DNA of 64,000 bases from the NCBI GenBank assembly GCA_020341815.1, contig CP070837.1, positions 1,108,575 to 1,172,574 of the forward strand, in the 5' to 3' direction. Shown here piece by piece: positions 39,964-51,000 of this stretch. The position numbers were made by a program, and so were the translations under genes. The stretch comes from Candidatus Omnitrophota bacterium. Lineage in GTDB: Bacteria > Omnitrophota > Gorgyraeia > JAFGHF01. Position 1 is the first letter of the stretch. Each line of letters begins with the position of its first letter. The notes under the pieces are model-generated. The model was not told the DNA's origin. It searched no databases and saw only the letters and a program-made list of their open reading frames with translations.

Positions 39964-41590
39964 GACTATGTATCAGGGAAATGTGTTTATAAACTGGCAG
40001 TATTTTCGCAAGGATAAAAAGAGCGGCCAGGTAGCCACCTTGATTACCCTGGCTATTGCCATAATCTTTTTATTCGTGGCGGTTACCCTGAATATCAGCC
40101 GCGTTGCCGAGAAAAAGACCGCTACCGCCAATGCCGCTGATGCAGCCGCAATGAAGCTGGCCTCTTATCTGGGCAGTTACGCCAATACATTGAGCTGGCA
40201 TGCTGTTGACGGCAAGACATTCAACGAAACAAGGCACTATACGCCGGCATGGAAAATAGTGACTGTGGTAACATTAACAATAGTTGCCGTTATTGCTTCA
40301 GGAGGAACGGCATTAGCAGCGGCATTAGGAGGAACGAGCACAGCATTAGCTGCCGGCATCGGCGCAGGCATCACCGGTCTTGGTTATGCATATGATCAGT
40401 TTATCGGGCTTCCGGAATTTGAAGAAGAACTGCAGAAGGAGCTGAAGAAGTTAGAATTGGAAGACAATCTCAGCGAGCAGGCAATAAAATATGCCCTGGA
40501 AAATTGCGTAGATGACCCGGTAATGGTAATCGATGTTCATGACTACAATAAAGACGATGATGTGACCGATGAGATTCCCCGTTTTTATAAATGGTATATG
40601 GAAAGAGTTAAGATGTTAAGCAAGGCGGCCGCAGGCAAAAGAGCACAGATAGATAGCTTTGTTGGCCGGATAGAAACCTTTGCCAGAGATGATGATAGTT
40701 TCAGCCGGAGAATCAGCGGAGAGTTTATTCCCTTGTTCGAGGAATTAGAGGCAATAGAGCTTGACCTTTCTTTCTGGGAGGCAGGGCCTACGGATCCGGA
40801 AGAATCGCTTTGCGGCTGGGATGAGGTGGATGACCTAAAATTACATCTGGATAACTTTTATCAGTGGGCCCTGGGCGAAGATGGGCTTTGTGTGCAGGAT
40901 TTTGATAGCATAGTAATGTTGTATAATAGCTGGATGCTCGACTTGCTCAGGGATGAAGAGGAGCCCTGGTATGATGTATGGGAAGAGGATATTGTAAAAA
41001 TAGAAAACTGGTGCCGGGAGTTATACGATGTATATGCCCAGCTTGAAGGAATGATTGCCAAGGAGACCGATGCTGAGCAAAAGGCCAGTCTTCTGGAGTT
41101 GCAAGAGCGCCTTGCCCCAACGATTGGCGCTTTTGTTAAGATGAGGGATAAATTGAGAGGATTTAATAACGAAGTTTTGGTATTCGATCTTCAGAGCAAA
41201 GACGAAAACTTTGCTTCCGAGAATGAGGCTACCTATTCCTGGTATGATTCTTTGGGCTGGCACCATGTGCGCGTAGAGGTTTCTGCTTTTACTATGCCCT
41301 GGGTTAAACCGGACACAGACAGACATGTCCACAGGACCGATTTTGAAGTTTGGCTGAAGAATTACAGGGGGACGGTAACTGTGACGGTAACCCGCTATGA
41401 TGAGTCAAACAGCGCTTCTTTTGCCCGGGAAGGCACTCCCTTATGGAAGTTTCGTTATGTAAAGGATGCCCAGGCCGAGCAGAAAATTAAACCCGAAGAT
41501 CCCGAATCAGCCTTGCCTTACGGGATTAAAAGTGAAGCTACGGCCTCCTACACTTTCAACGAATTACCTAAATTGGTGGATGTGAAATAA
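39956..41590 (+). CDS. TadG-like pilus assembly protein
   Basis: ...KKSGQVATLITLAIAIIFLFVAVTLNISRVAEKKTATANAADAAAMKLASYL matches the Tad/TadG-like N-terminal domain pattern (PF13400). Large C-terminal domain. Confidence 0.6.
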   Translation: MNKTMYQGNVFINWQYFRKDKKSGQVATLITLAIAIIFLFVAVTLNISRVAEKKTATANAADAAAMKLASYLGSYANTLSWHAVDGKTFNETRHYTPAWKIVTVVTLTIVAVIASGGTALAAALGGTSTALAAGIGAGITGLGYAYDQFIGLPEFEEELQKELKKLELEDNLSEQAIKYALENCVDDPVMVIDVHDYNKDDDVTDEIPRFYKWYMERVKMLSKAAAGKRAQIDSFVGRIETFARDDDSFSRRISGEFIPLFEELEAIELDLSFWEAGPTDPEESLCGWDEVDDLKLHLDNFYQWALGEDGLCVQDFDSIVMLYNSWMLDLLRDEEEPWYDVWEEDIVKIENWCRELYDVYAQLEGMIAKETDAEQKASLLELQERLAPTIGAFVKMRDKLRGFNNEVLVFDLQSKDENFASENEATYSWYDSLGWHHVRVEVSAFTMPWVKPDTDRHVHRTDFEVWLKNYRGTVTVTVTRYDESNSASFAREGTPLWKFRYVKDAQAEQKIKPEDPESALPYGIKSEATASYTFNELPKLVDVK

Positions 41591-41591
41591 A

Positions 41592-41846
41592 ATGAAAAAC
41601 AGAGGCAGTTTAATTTTGGAATACAGTCTTTTGATTGCGGTGGCAGTGGCGGCCTTGCTCTGCATGCAGTTTTATGTGAAACGGGCTGTCTGCGGGCGCT
41701 TTCGTCAGGCCGCAGATGCCTTTGGTTACGGCCGGCAGTTTGAACCTGGTGTAACGAAGGTAACAAAAAAAGAACCGGTTGGACCATTGACAGTATCGGC
41801 TCCGGTGAAATCACCGGTAACGCCGGTTGACGTAATTGCATATTAA
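41592..41846 (+). CDS. flp: Flp-family pilin 12
   Basis: MKNRGSLILEYSLLIAVAVAALLCMQFYVKRAVCGRFRQAADAFG... Confidence 0.65.
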   Translation: MKNRGSLILEYSLLIAVAVAALLCMQFYVKRAVCGRFRQAADAFGYGRQFEPGVTKVTKKEPVGPLTVSAPVKSPVTPVDVIAY

Positions 41847-41856
41847 GGGGGAATAA

Positions 41857-42705
41857 ATGTTATTAGTGTTAATCTTTACATTGGCATTTGCTTCGATAGC
41901 GCTTCTTGCCTGGCAGCTTTATCCTGCCGGGGCGCGCATAATCGGGGCGTATCACGCCAAGAGGGTTAAGCGCGACAGCAAAAGATTGGAGAGGATGTTT
42001 CTGGAAGTGCCTCATAAGAAACTGATTTTAGTTTACGGGCTTTCTCCGGTGATTACAGGTATCGGCGGCTTTATTCTTACCCAGACTTTAGCAGGCGGAT
42101 TAATCGCCGCGGCCTTCGGCATAATTTTACCTAATACAGCGCTCAAGATAATGGAGAAAAACCGCATCAGAAAATTCCGTCAGCAATTAATTGACGGCCT
42201 GATGATTATTTCCAGCTCCTTAAAAGGGGGCTTGAGTCTTTTGCAGTCTATAGAAGTATTGGTTGAGGAGATGCCTGCGCCTATCAAACAGGAGTTTGCC
42301 CTTATCCTGCGCGAAAATAAGATGGGCGCCTCATTAAGTGAATCCTTGGCCAGACTAAACAAGCGCATCAAGAGCGAGGAATTAAACTTAGTGGTTACGG
42401 CCATTGACATTGCCCGGGAGACAGGGGGAAATTTAACCGAACCCCTTAAGAAATTAATGCTTACCATCAGGGAAAGAGACAAGCTCCTGGGCAAACTGAA
42501 GACCCTGACCATGCAGGCAAAGCTGCAGGGACTAATTATGAGTTTTATGCCGATTATTTTTGGAATTGTAGTTTATTATTTGAATCCGGGATTCTTTAAG
42601 ATTATGCTGGTTGTCCCTACCGGCCGCATGCTTTTAGTGATAGCAGGCGTTTTGCAAATGGTAGGCGCATTCTTACTCTGGAAGCTCAGCCAGGTGGAGG
42701 TGTAA
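41857..42705 (+). CDS. tadB: Flp pilus assembly protein TadB (T2SS-F family)
   Basis: Multi-TM protein with a GspF-like domain, following the pilin array. Confidence 0.75.
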   Translation: MLLVLIFTLAFASIALLAWQLYPAGARIIGAYHAKRVKRDSKRLERMFLEVPHKKLILVYGLSPVITGIGGFILTQTLAGGLIAAAFGIILPNTALKIMEKNRIRKFRQQLIDGLMIISSSLKGGLSLLQSIEVLVEEMPAPIKQEFALILRENKMGASLSESLARLNKRIKSEELNLVVTAIDIARETGGNLTEPLKKLMLTIRERDKLLGKLKTLTMQAKLQGLIMSFMPIIFGIVVYYLNPGFFKIMLVVPTGRMLLVIAGVLQMVGAFLLWKLSQVEV

Positions 42706-42709
42706 CAGG

Positions 42710-43606
42710 ATGATAAACTTTTTACCCTATATAATTCTTCTGCTTGCCTTCAGCTCCATATTCATTTTGGTGAGCCAGTATTTCTCCCATAGAGAAAGAC
42801 AAAAGCTTATCAAAGAACGTTTTGCTTCTGCGCAGAAAAAGGAATTAGAGAAGCCTTTCTGGATGGAGCCCTTGCTTAAACCTTTGGCCCCTATTAATGA
42901 ACATATAGGCAATAAAAGATTTCGTGAGCATATCAGGCAACGCCTCTTGGGAGCCGGCTCTCCTTTGAGCGTGAATGAATATTTTGTATTTAAAGAAGTT
43001 ATGGTTTTGTTTATGCCGCTCATTTTAGCTATTGTAATCGGCTGGGATAATCTGCTTAGCATTCCGATACTTGTAGTGGCTGCCTGCGGATTTGGTTTTA
43101 TTTACCCCGATTTTTGGTTAAAGGTCAGAACCCAGAAGCGCCGAAAGGATGTCTTGCGCGCCCTGCCGAGCATCATCGATTTATTGACCCTGGCTGTAGA
43201 TGCCGGGCTTGACTTTATGATTGCCGTGCGCCGTGTGGTGGAGCATTCGCGTCCCGGGCCGATGGTGGATGAGCTTTCCTTTCTCTGGCAGGAGGTGCAG
43301 ATGGGGCGCGTGCGGCGCGATGCCTTAAGGAGTATGGCGAAAAGATTAGACCTTGCCGAGGTGCACTCCTTTACCCGTACGCTTATTCAGGCAGAGAGAA
43401 TGGGTACGCCTATGGGTGAGGCCCTGCGGACTTTAAGCGATGAGATTCGTATGCGTCAGTTTCAAAGGGGAGAGCAGCAGGCTCTCAAGGCTCCGATTAA
43501 GATGCTATTTCCTCTTCTGTTTTGCATTCTGCCGGTAGTATTGATTTTGGTCGGAGGCCCGGTAATTTTACAGTTTTTCCAGACCAGTTTTCAATTTTTT
43601 AAATAA
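42710..43606 (+). CDS. tadC: Flp pilus assembly protein TadC (T2SS-F family)
   Basis: Second GspF-like membrane protein. Confidence 0.75.
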   Translation: MINFLPYIILLLAFSSIFILVSQYFSHRERQKLIKERFASAQKKELEKPFWMEPLLKPLAPINEHIGNKRFREHIRQRLLGAGSPLSVNEYFVFKEVMVLFMPLILAIVIGWDNLLSIPILVVAACGFGFIYPDFWLKVRTQKRRKDVLRALPSIIDLLTLAVDAGLDFMIAVRRVVEHSRPGPMVDELSFLWQEVQMGRVRRDALRSMAKRLDLAEVHSFTRTLIQAERMGTPMGEALRTLSDEIRMRQFQRGEQQALKAPIKMLFPLLFCILPVVLILVGGPVILQFFQTSFQFFK

Positions 43607-43615
43607 GGAAGAAAA

Positions 43616-46600
43616 ATGAAAGCGTCTTGCGCTAAGACAATCTGGTTTAAGCTTGCAAGCATCCTGACGATAGGACTTTTTCTATTGCAGGGCAGCGCTT
43701 TCGGCGAATTCGACCCTATCGAAAAAAATAGGTATAATAAGCAGAGCGTCGCGCCGGAGTATGACTGGCGGCAGGATGCTATCGGATTTGCAACTACGGT
43801 TGCAATGCCTTTTGTGCCCTCGGCTGCCGGGGGAATCGGAGGCGCCTTTGGCCTGGGCACAGGATGGACAACTGCTATTGGCGTGGGATTGGGCGCAGGT
43901 GTAGGCGCAACCCCGGGTTTGGTTGCCAATAATGATACTGCTACAGGCATCGGTGCTGTATGTGGCGGCCTTACCGGGGGGCTTGGCACTTATAATCAGG
44001 TTTCTAATTTTAATACCGGAATAAATGAAGTTGGGCGAGTGAGCGATGAACTAAAGACCGTTAATGATATGGTGGAAAATGCTAAGCTGCTTAAAGCGGC
44101 AGGCTATCTTAACGAAGCCAACTTTAATATCTCGCAAGCTAGCAGCATAGTCTCCGGCGGCACAGAAACAGCGATGTCAATAGGAGAATTAACCAGGATA
44201 AGTGAAACAATGGGGACGATGATAAATAGCGCCGATAGCCTGGGCCAATTAGGTTATTATAATGAAGCGGCATTCAATCTTTCCCAGGCAGCTAAGATAG
44301 TTCCCGATGTATGTTCACTAACCACGGCGAGTAATTTAATTGCTATGAGCAATGCGATTAATCCCCTTCCTCAGGTTATTGAGAAAATGTCCATAAGCTT
44401 TGCCACCCAGGAGGCCAGCTCGATATTGGTAAAAGCAGCTGTGTCTAAATGGAATTGGAACCCCAGGAATGCCCAGGCATTGGGGATGATTGGCGGCTCT
44501 ATGACCGGCTGGACTATGGGTTCACTCACTACCGGCGGGCAGAATATGATGTATGGGATGTATAAAGACAGCTGGCCCGGCTTAGCTGACTGGGCTACCT
44601 CAGACTCTACCTGGAAAAATGTAGGCGCAGGAGCAGTTACCGGTTTAGGGTTGGGAGGCTTGCAGACCCTTGCTACTATGGAATTATACGATGCCCTGGA
44701 GTCTCATAACAATAAAATGCCCGATACAACTAAGATGCAGGTGGCTTCTCTTGGCGGCCAGGCTTTAGGAAGTCTTGGCTGGGGCGGCCTGGTAGGCGGA
44801 TTTGGCAGCTTAGGGAAAGACCATATGCCTACTTACGATGAATATATAGCCGGCGGCGGCAAAGTTAACAAGGGCTCTCTTAGCGGTCAAGGGGCCGGTC
44901 CGCTTTCAAAGAAAGGGTTTGAGAATTGGGTTGCAACTGCGCAGCCTGTAGCTGTAGCGGATAAAGGCAACTGGCTTACGGGCATAAAAGATGGAGCCGG
45001 CAATTTTGGCAGTGGTATGTGGCAGGGCATTAAAACAACCGCCAATGAGCCGTTCTGGAAGGGTATCGGACAGAGGACGCTTTCCATCGGTATCGAATGG
45101 GCAGCCTTACACAATGAAATGGATCCGGAGGATGCTTCCAATCTTGCCTCAAGCACTTCAATGCTTTTAGCTAACACAGTGCCTATGTATCCGCATCGGC
45201 CCGATCCCCAACAGGCAGAACGTCTTAAAGAAGGCGCCAGAGCCCTGGAGGCGCAAGCGGATAATTTAAGAAAAGGTCATAGTGAGGTTAAGGAACATTT
45301 TGGAGAGCTCCTGGTGGGCGATCCTCTTTTAGCTATGGAGATAGACAATACATTTGAAAATAAAATAAAGGCCTTTGAGAATCGGGCAGAAAAAACAAAG
45401 GCGCAGGCAGAGAGGGTAGAAGGCTGGCATGTGAGTACTTTACGCGAGCCCACACCTATTACTAAATATAGAATGTTAAATGCATTCCTGGAACCGGTTA
45501 CTTCCGGCCTGCTTACCTTAGCTGCGGATAACTTGCGTAAGGGCAAGGTAGAAGCGTTTTATGATGCCCCGGGCGCAAAAGAGAGAAATGACGCCCGGAT
45601 TGATTTGCTGGTGCACGATTTAACCGCAATGAATGTAGCCAGCCTCACTCATTCCGGAATAGTTGCCCTGTTTAATCAGAAAGGCTGGGGAGAAGGCTTT
45701 GATGAGTTTGGTCAAATCTATCTGGCCAAACAGTGCGATTTTTCCGGTGATATGCTTTCTTTTGGCAGTCAGGCCTTTGGGGCAAAGACTGGCGGAAGAA
45801 GGGATGAAACAGCAGGTGGTTATAGTATATATGGCGCTGCCCAGAGAAATAGCCAGATGTGGGATTTTGCCGGTTTGAATAATTTTGCTGCCCAGGCAGA
45901 AGAAGTTGCCGATGCCGGCGGCAGGTGGCAGCGGCAGATGACAGAAGGCTTGTTTGCCAGTCCTTTTCCCGCTGTTTCAAGGAGTCTTAGCAGTCCTTCA
46001 GGTGGGTTAGCTTATAGTCACACTATCAGAAATGCGGAAGGTTTGGTATATACAGGGATTAAGAATAGCAAACTTATAGCGCCTTATGAGCTTGAGCATA
46101 TTAGTCCTCAGTATGCTTTTAAGTTAGAGCACGGGAATCTTAAACAGCAAGCAATGCTTACTGAAATAAATCGTTGGATTAAGGAATCATCCTATCCTGT
46201 AGCTTTTGGCAAAGAAGGTGTTAATTTTCAATATTGGTCTATTGGGGAAATTGCTCCAAATAGTGAAAAGTTAATGCTAGAGAATGCATTTACAAAAGTT
46301 GAATACAAAGATGAAGACCAGATAATGCTTAAGGCATTAAAGAAGTTTGATGTCAATAAACCTTTTAAGCTTGCCTTTATCGGTCCTGATAGATATAAAC
46401 AGACACCGCTTATTGAAAAGGAAAAGATTGTGCCGCCACAACCTAAAAAGATTGTGCCGCCATCCCCGCCAGTTGAAGAAGTTAAACCATCTGCGAAGAA
46501 AGAAGAAGTGTTGCCGCCAAAACCTCCGGCTCCTGTTGTTGCGCCTTCTCGCGAGGGTTATCCTATAGAAGGAGGGTGGTTTCGTCCGAATGATCCTCCT

Positions 46601-48058
46601 AAGTATCCGGCAAACGGGGTAGGCTGGCATGAAGAGCTTAAGGAGGAGGACATCACATCACCTCCGTCAAGAAAGGGCATAGTATTCGATGGGAATGATG
46701 ACCCTTCGCTATATATAGGTATGGAAGATTATCCAACTTCTCCTAAAGATGATGCTTATAACATGGGAGCGGGAACCGTTTTTCCAAAGGGAGATATCGA
46801 GAATCCCGGTCAAATAGTTACTTGTCCAGAGCCAGATATTACAGAGTTGCCCGCTGTGCAAAAGAGCAATGAGATAAATCGCTATATGCCTCCTAAACAT
46901 AATAAAAAGTATTTTGAGAATATAAATTCCGAAGAGAGTAAGCCTATACAGCAGACACCAGTTGAGATAGAGACTCGTTCACTTCCCACAATGGGCACTT
47001 CAGAAATACCAACTTCTTTGGAAATACCAAGAGAGCCAGCTAGAGAAAGTGTACTCTTTCGGTTGGGAAGTATTTCTCCAACTACATCTTCAGTAGTTGC
47101 TTCTCCCGCAAAAGAAAAGTCTATTGAAACCAAGAGCATAGGTAATTCCACGTTATTGCTTAATAAAGATGGCTTGCAGGAATTTGCCCTGAAGCACAAT
47201 ATTCCTATTGCAGAATTAAATGAAGTCGCTATAAATGCAGCAGGCACAACACCCGAAGAAATGTTATTATCTATGGAAACATACGCCATTGTAAAAAATG
47301 CTGTTGAGAAAAAATTTCTTAGCGAAGGAGTGAGGGATCTGACTGCAGAACATATCTTGCCGGCTCTTAAATCAGGACAAATACTCATTATGAAGGATGA
47401 TGTACAAAATAGCATAGTAAAGGCAAGGTATTTTCCGCAATCGGATCGCGTTGAATTTGTAATAGGAATGACAGATTTGGAGAATTTAGACAATCGCGAG
47501 AATGTTATCCATGAGCTTGTGGCACATGGTTTACAGGATGCCCTGACGCTGTTCCAAAGAAGAGATGATGTGGAAAGAAACGCAGACTTTATAGCAGCAG
47601 AATATAGATTAAGAACTAAAGGCCTATTGCGGGAAGATGTGCAGGGGGATGTTAAAATTTCTATTGCTAATAAGGATGAATTTGCAGGGCTGCGCTATGA
47701 TGAGAAAGCGGTTGTTTACCAATATGCCTTAAGAAATCTAAGACAGGGAAGAAACGATCTTAACGATTTTCCTGGCACAGAAAAAGGTAGTTTTGCTCTC
47801 TTGTCAGCAAAGGAAGCCGAAGAAATTAATCTGCATGAATATTTTCAAGAAGACCTGAAGAATTACATAAGCTTATATGATAGTGAATTAGCGATGGCCC
47901 TTATGTTTAGAAAAACAAAACGCGACTTATCGGAAGTTATTGAGGTAGACGGATTCAACAGAGAAGGCAAAAACTTTGGGATTGAGCCTTCTCCATTACC
48001 GGCAATAGCACCAACTGCTTTACCAAACTCGTATATAATGCCGGGACTAAGTGATTAA
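43616..48058 (+). CDS. Large secreted protein (1480 aa): signal peptide, Gly-rich segment, Pro-rich PPxP linker, HEXXH motif
   Basis: Signal peptide MKAS...LLQGSAFG. Gly-rich run ...AAGGIGGAFGLGTGWTTAIGVGLGAGVGA.... KIVPPQPKKIVPPSPPVEEVKP...LPPKPPAPVVAPS at 46420-46560 and IHELVAHG at 47507-47530. Sits immediately after tadC. Confidence 0.6.
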   Translation: MKASCAKTIWFKLASILTIGLFLLQGSAFGEFDPIEKNRYNKQSVAPEYDWRQDAIGFATTVAMPFVPSAAGGIGGAFGLGTGWTTAIGVGLGAGVGATPGLVANNDTATGIGAVCGGLTGGLGTYNQVSNFNTGINEVGRVSDELKTVNDMVENAKLLKAAGYLNEANFNISQASSIVSGGTETAMSIGELTRISETMGTMINSADSLGQLGYYNEAAFNLSQAAKIVPDVCSLTTASNLIAMSNAINPLPQVIEKMSISFATQEASSILVKAAVSKWNWNPRNAQALGMIGGSMTGWTMGSLTTGGQNMMYGMYKDSWPGLADWATSDSTWKNVGAGAVTGLGLGGLQTLATMELYDALESHNNKMPDTTKMQVASLGGQALGSLGWGGLVGGFGSLGKDHMPTYDEYIAGGGKVNKGSLSGQGAGPLSKKGFENWVATAQPVAVADKGNWLTGIKDGAGNFGSGMWQGIKTTANEPFWKGIGQRTLSIGIEWAALHNEMDPEDASNLASSTSMLLANTVPMYPHRPDPQQAERLKEGARALEAQADNLRKGHSEVKEHFGELLVGDPLLAMEIDNTFENKIKAFENRAEKTKAQAERVEGWHVSTLREPTPITKYRMLNAFLEPVTSGLLTLAADNLRKGKVEAFYDAPGAKERNDARIDLLVHDLTAMNVASLTHSGIVALFNQKGWGEGFDEFGQIYLAKQCDFSGDMLSFGSQAFGAKTGGRRDETAGGYSIYGAAQRNSQMWDFAGLNNFAAQAEEVADAGGRWQRQMTEGLFASPFPAVSRSLSSPSGGLAYSHTIRNAEGLVYTGIKNSKLIAPYELEHISPQYAFKLEHGNLKQQAMLTEINRWIKESSYPVAFGKEGVNFQYWSIGEIAPNSEKLMLENAFTKVEYKDEDQIMLKALKKFDVNKPFKLAFIGPDRYKQTPLIEKEKIVPPQPKKIVPPSPPVEEVKPSAKKEEVLPPKPPAPVVAPSREGYPIEGGWFRPNDPPKYPANGVGWHEELKEEDITSPPSRKGIVFDGNDDPSLYIGMEDYPTSPKDDAYNMGAGTVFPKGDIENPGQIVTCPEPDITELPAVQKSNEINRYMPPKHNKKYFENINSEESKPIQQTPVEIETRSLPTMGTSEIPTSLEIPREPARESVLFRLGSISPTTSSVVASPAKEKSIETKSIGNSTLLLNKDGLQEFALKHNIPIAELNEVAINAAGTTPEEMLLSMETYAIVKNAVEKKFLSEGVRDLTAEHILPALKSGQILIMKDDVQNSIVKARYFPQSDRVEFVIGMTDLENLDNRENVIHELVAHGLQDALTLFQRRDDVERNADFIAAEYRLRTKGLLREDVQGDVKISIANKDEFAGLRYDEKAVVYQYALRNLRQGRNDLNDFPGTEKGSFALLSAKEAEEINLHEYFQEDLKNYISLYDSELAMALMFRKTKRDLSEVIEVDGFNREGKNFGIEPSPLPAIAPTALPNSYIMPGLSD

Positions 48059-48059
48059 A

Positions 48060-51000
48060 ATGGAAAAAGACAAACCTGACGCACAATTGAATAGAAGGCG
48101 CAAAAAAGGCGAAAAGGCCGAAGGCCGGAGTCTGCGCGATACGGGCTTAAGCTTATGGTTTGACCCGTATCACAAGAAATGGCTCAAGATTGTGGCCTGT
48201 ATCGTGATAGCGGCCTTTTTGCATCAGGATATCGTCTGGGCTGCCGGGCCTGAGGGCATAGAAGACTTAAAGCTGATGTTTGAGCGGCCTGCGCGCAGGG
48301 TAATGGAGCGTATAGCTTCCCTCTTTACTATCAAAGATGCTTATGCCTTTGATTGTAATTATCGCGATAATGCTCCAACTTCAACAAGTGGTTGGGGTGG
48401 TACCGATTACGGATTTGCGGTTCAACAAATAAGAAACAATCCCCAATACAATCAAGTCTCAATGCCTGATAATTTCCCCGTGATTAGTCCTTCCTTGGGA
48501 TTTCTCGGCATGAGTAAAGACCTGATGAACCCAAGCGGATATTATCCAGGGATATCTCCGGATCCTTCAAGTGGGCCGTTGTTGCCTCTTTCGATTCCGC
48601 ACCAGGTAATCACTCAAAATGGATATATTTTTAATTGTCAGGTACCATATCCCGGTACAAATGGTCCAGTGAAACTAGAATCAATTGAAAAATGGACATC
48701 CGGCTTAGGTAAGATAAATTATTTTCCTTCTGCCGGTATAGGTAAAGTTTATAATATCAGTCAAGAAGAAATAGGAAAGTTTAATACATTTGAAAAAATC
48801 TGTAATGTATATGATGGTAATGAGTATGGCGGTTTTAATTCATCTTATCTAACTCAATCTCTTTATAATTATTACCCTGTAGCCTCTGCCTATAATTTTG
48901 CGGATAGCCATCTCAACAATCCTTTCACCCAAATGAATTTTTATAATAACAATAATGAATGGCGGGCATCTCTTACAAGAGACAATACGAAATCTTTCTT
49001 GTGGCAAGGGCAGGGTCTTTTAAATAATCATTCGGCCGTAATGGACGTATTTGGGAAGACTTCCAATGTCTGTGTTGCGCCCAATGAAAAAATCGATTGG
49101 CATGCCAATCGGGCAACCGTGTCTTTCTCTGACGGGGGCAGCTGGAAACAAGAGATTAATCTGGGGGCGCGCTATAAGGAAGCAAGAGGTGGTTTCTTAG
49201 GTATCGGCAGAGAGCACATAAAGACCGAGATTTCCTCTGGCATAGCAGCAGGCAGCTATTACAATCCGCAGGGTAAATTTGAATTCGGTAGTTTAGTGAG
49301 TCCTTATGCTTCCAGTAATCAAGCCATAGATGCACTGGCGTCCTATTCACAAAGACAGACCAAAGGCAAAAAGACAATCTTTGAACAGGAAAATCGCCCG
49401 GGCAGAATGTATGTTGAGTTTGATGGGCGGGGCAATATCAAAGCATACGCAAAAATTAATGATGCCCAATTCCGCACTTTTGAAAAATTCTCTCCTAATT
49501 TAATTGCAACCGGCTCAGGCGGGGGCGGCATTAGCAATAAACAGCTTCCTTATACAGTTGCCTCATATGCCAGAGAGAATAAAACCAATATCTTCAATGC
49601 CGAAGGCAATAATATCGGTGAGTTTTCCCGACAATTAGTATTCGAGCTTAAAGGATTAAACAGCACCAGGAAAAATACGCTTGAGTTTAACGCCGAATCC
49701 GGCGTATTTGCCTTAGAGCGCGGCTTATCCGGAAAAAATTATATATTTGACAAAGGCAATGCCGTAGTGCTGAACAATAACAATATTATCGGAGGGTTTA
49801 ATCTTTCAGAAAAAGCGCCTGAGGTAATAGGCGTAATTACAAAAGATATTCGCTTTAACGGCTTTGATTTGGCTTCTCCCGGATTGTTGCCCGATTCATG
49901 GAAACAGAAGCTTACGGCAGAAAAAGACGCCGGCCTATTCTTAGGTGAAGACTTAGGCCACGGCGTCAAACGCATAGGGGTAGCGGGCCTGACTGACGAG
50001 AGAGGCTTAGTCGGTATTTCTACCCCCGAAAGCACTACTTTCTCTGCTCCGACCCCTCAAGCCCCAGGCGGTTTTGCTTCTCTTTCTCCTCAGAGAAAAA
50101 TTGCCGAAGTAATAGAAAACGCAAGAGCCGGAAAGAGTGACGTTACTTTAAATGTTACACCCGATAGCGGCCTGAAATTACCTTTCGAATCAACGCTTTA
50201 CTTTCCTCTTTCCGGAGGCAATCCTTTTGAACAGGGCAACGTAACTTTTGCCAATCCTTCCAACTTGAGCAACGATATTATCGCCGGTGTCAAGGTAATG
50301 GATGCCCTGAAGGTCGATACCTTAACCATAAAGACAGGTTTTGAACCCGACTTTTTAGCCGAAAATCCTTTAGTTTACGAAGCCAAATACCAGCTTAAGG
50401 ACCCAGGCATCGGGCTGTTGCAGAGAACTTATACAAAAGAAGGCCTGTATTTTGCCCCGAAAAAGAAGGGGGATAGCATAACGGTTTCCAACCGCCGCAA
50501 ATTCCAGGGTGAAGGTGCCTTGGTCTGGGATGTAAATGGAGAGTTCTCCGCTACGTTCCAAAAGATGGATTCCGATGAAATTATAAAGAAGACTTTGCCC
50601 CATGGCTTTGTTTCCGTGAAGGAATTGGGCGAGAAGGCCTCTTATCTTCAGGACATGGTGCCTTTAAGCGCAGACTTGTCGAAATCCCTGCAGAAGCCGG
50701 TTCTTTCCGATGCCTATAATGCCAAGGGTGAAAAAGTCGGGCCGCAAGGTGTGGGAAACATAACTGCCCAGTTAGTAAATAGCCAGAAGGAAGCCGTCTA
50801 CAGGGCAGAGTTTGTTGAAAATAAAGAAGGATATCTGATTTCGCCCCGGCTTGAAGAAAAAGGCGCCTCTCCTTTAGCTGCCTCTTCGCAAGAGACCCCT
50901 TATCTTGAAAATATGCCTACAATAGAGGTGGCCTCTGCCCTGAAATTTAATCCCGATGATGAACACGCTTCGATAATGGCGGTAGATAAGCTCTATATGC

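Noticed and set aside
46882-47493. 203-aa minus-strand ORF
   Set aside because: Antisense within the 1480-aa secreted-protein gene.
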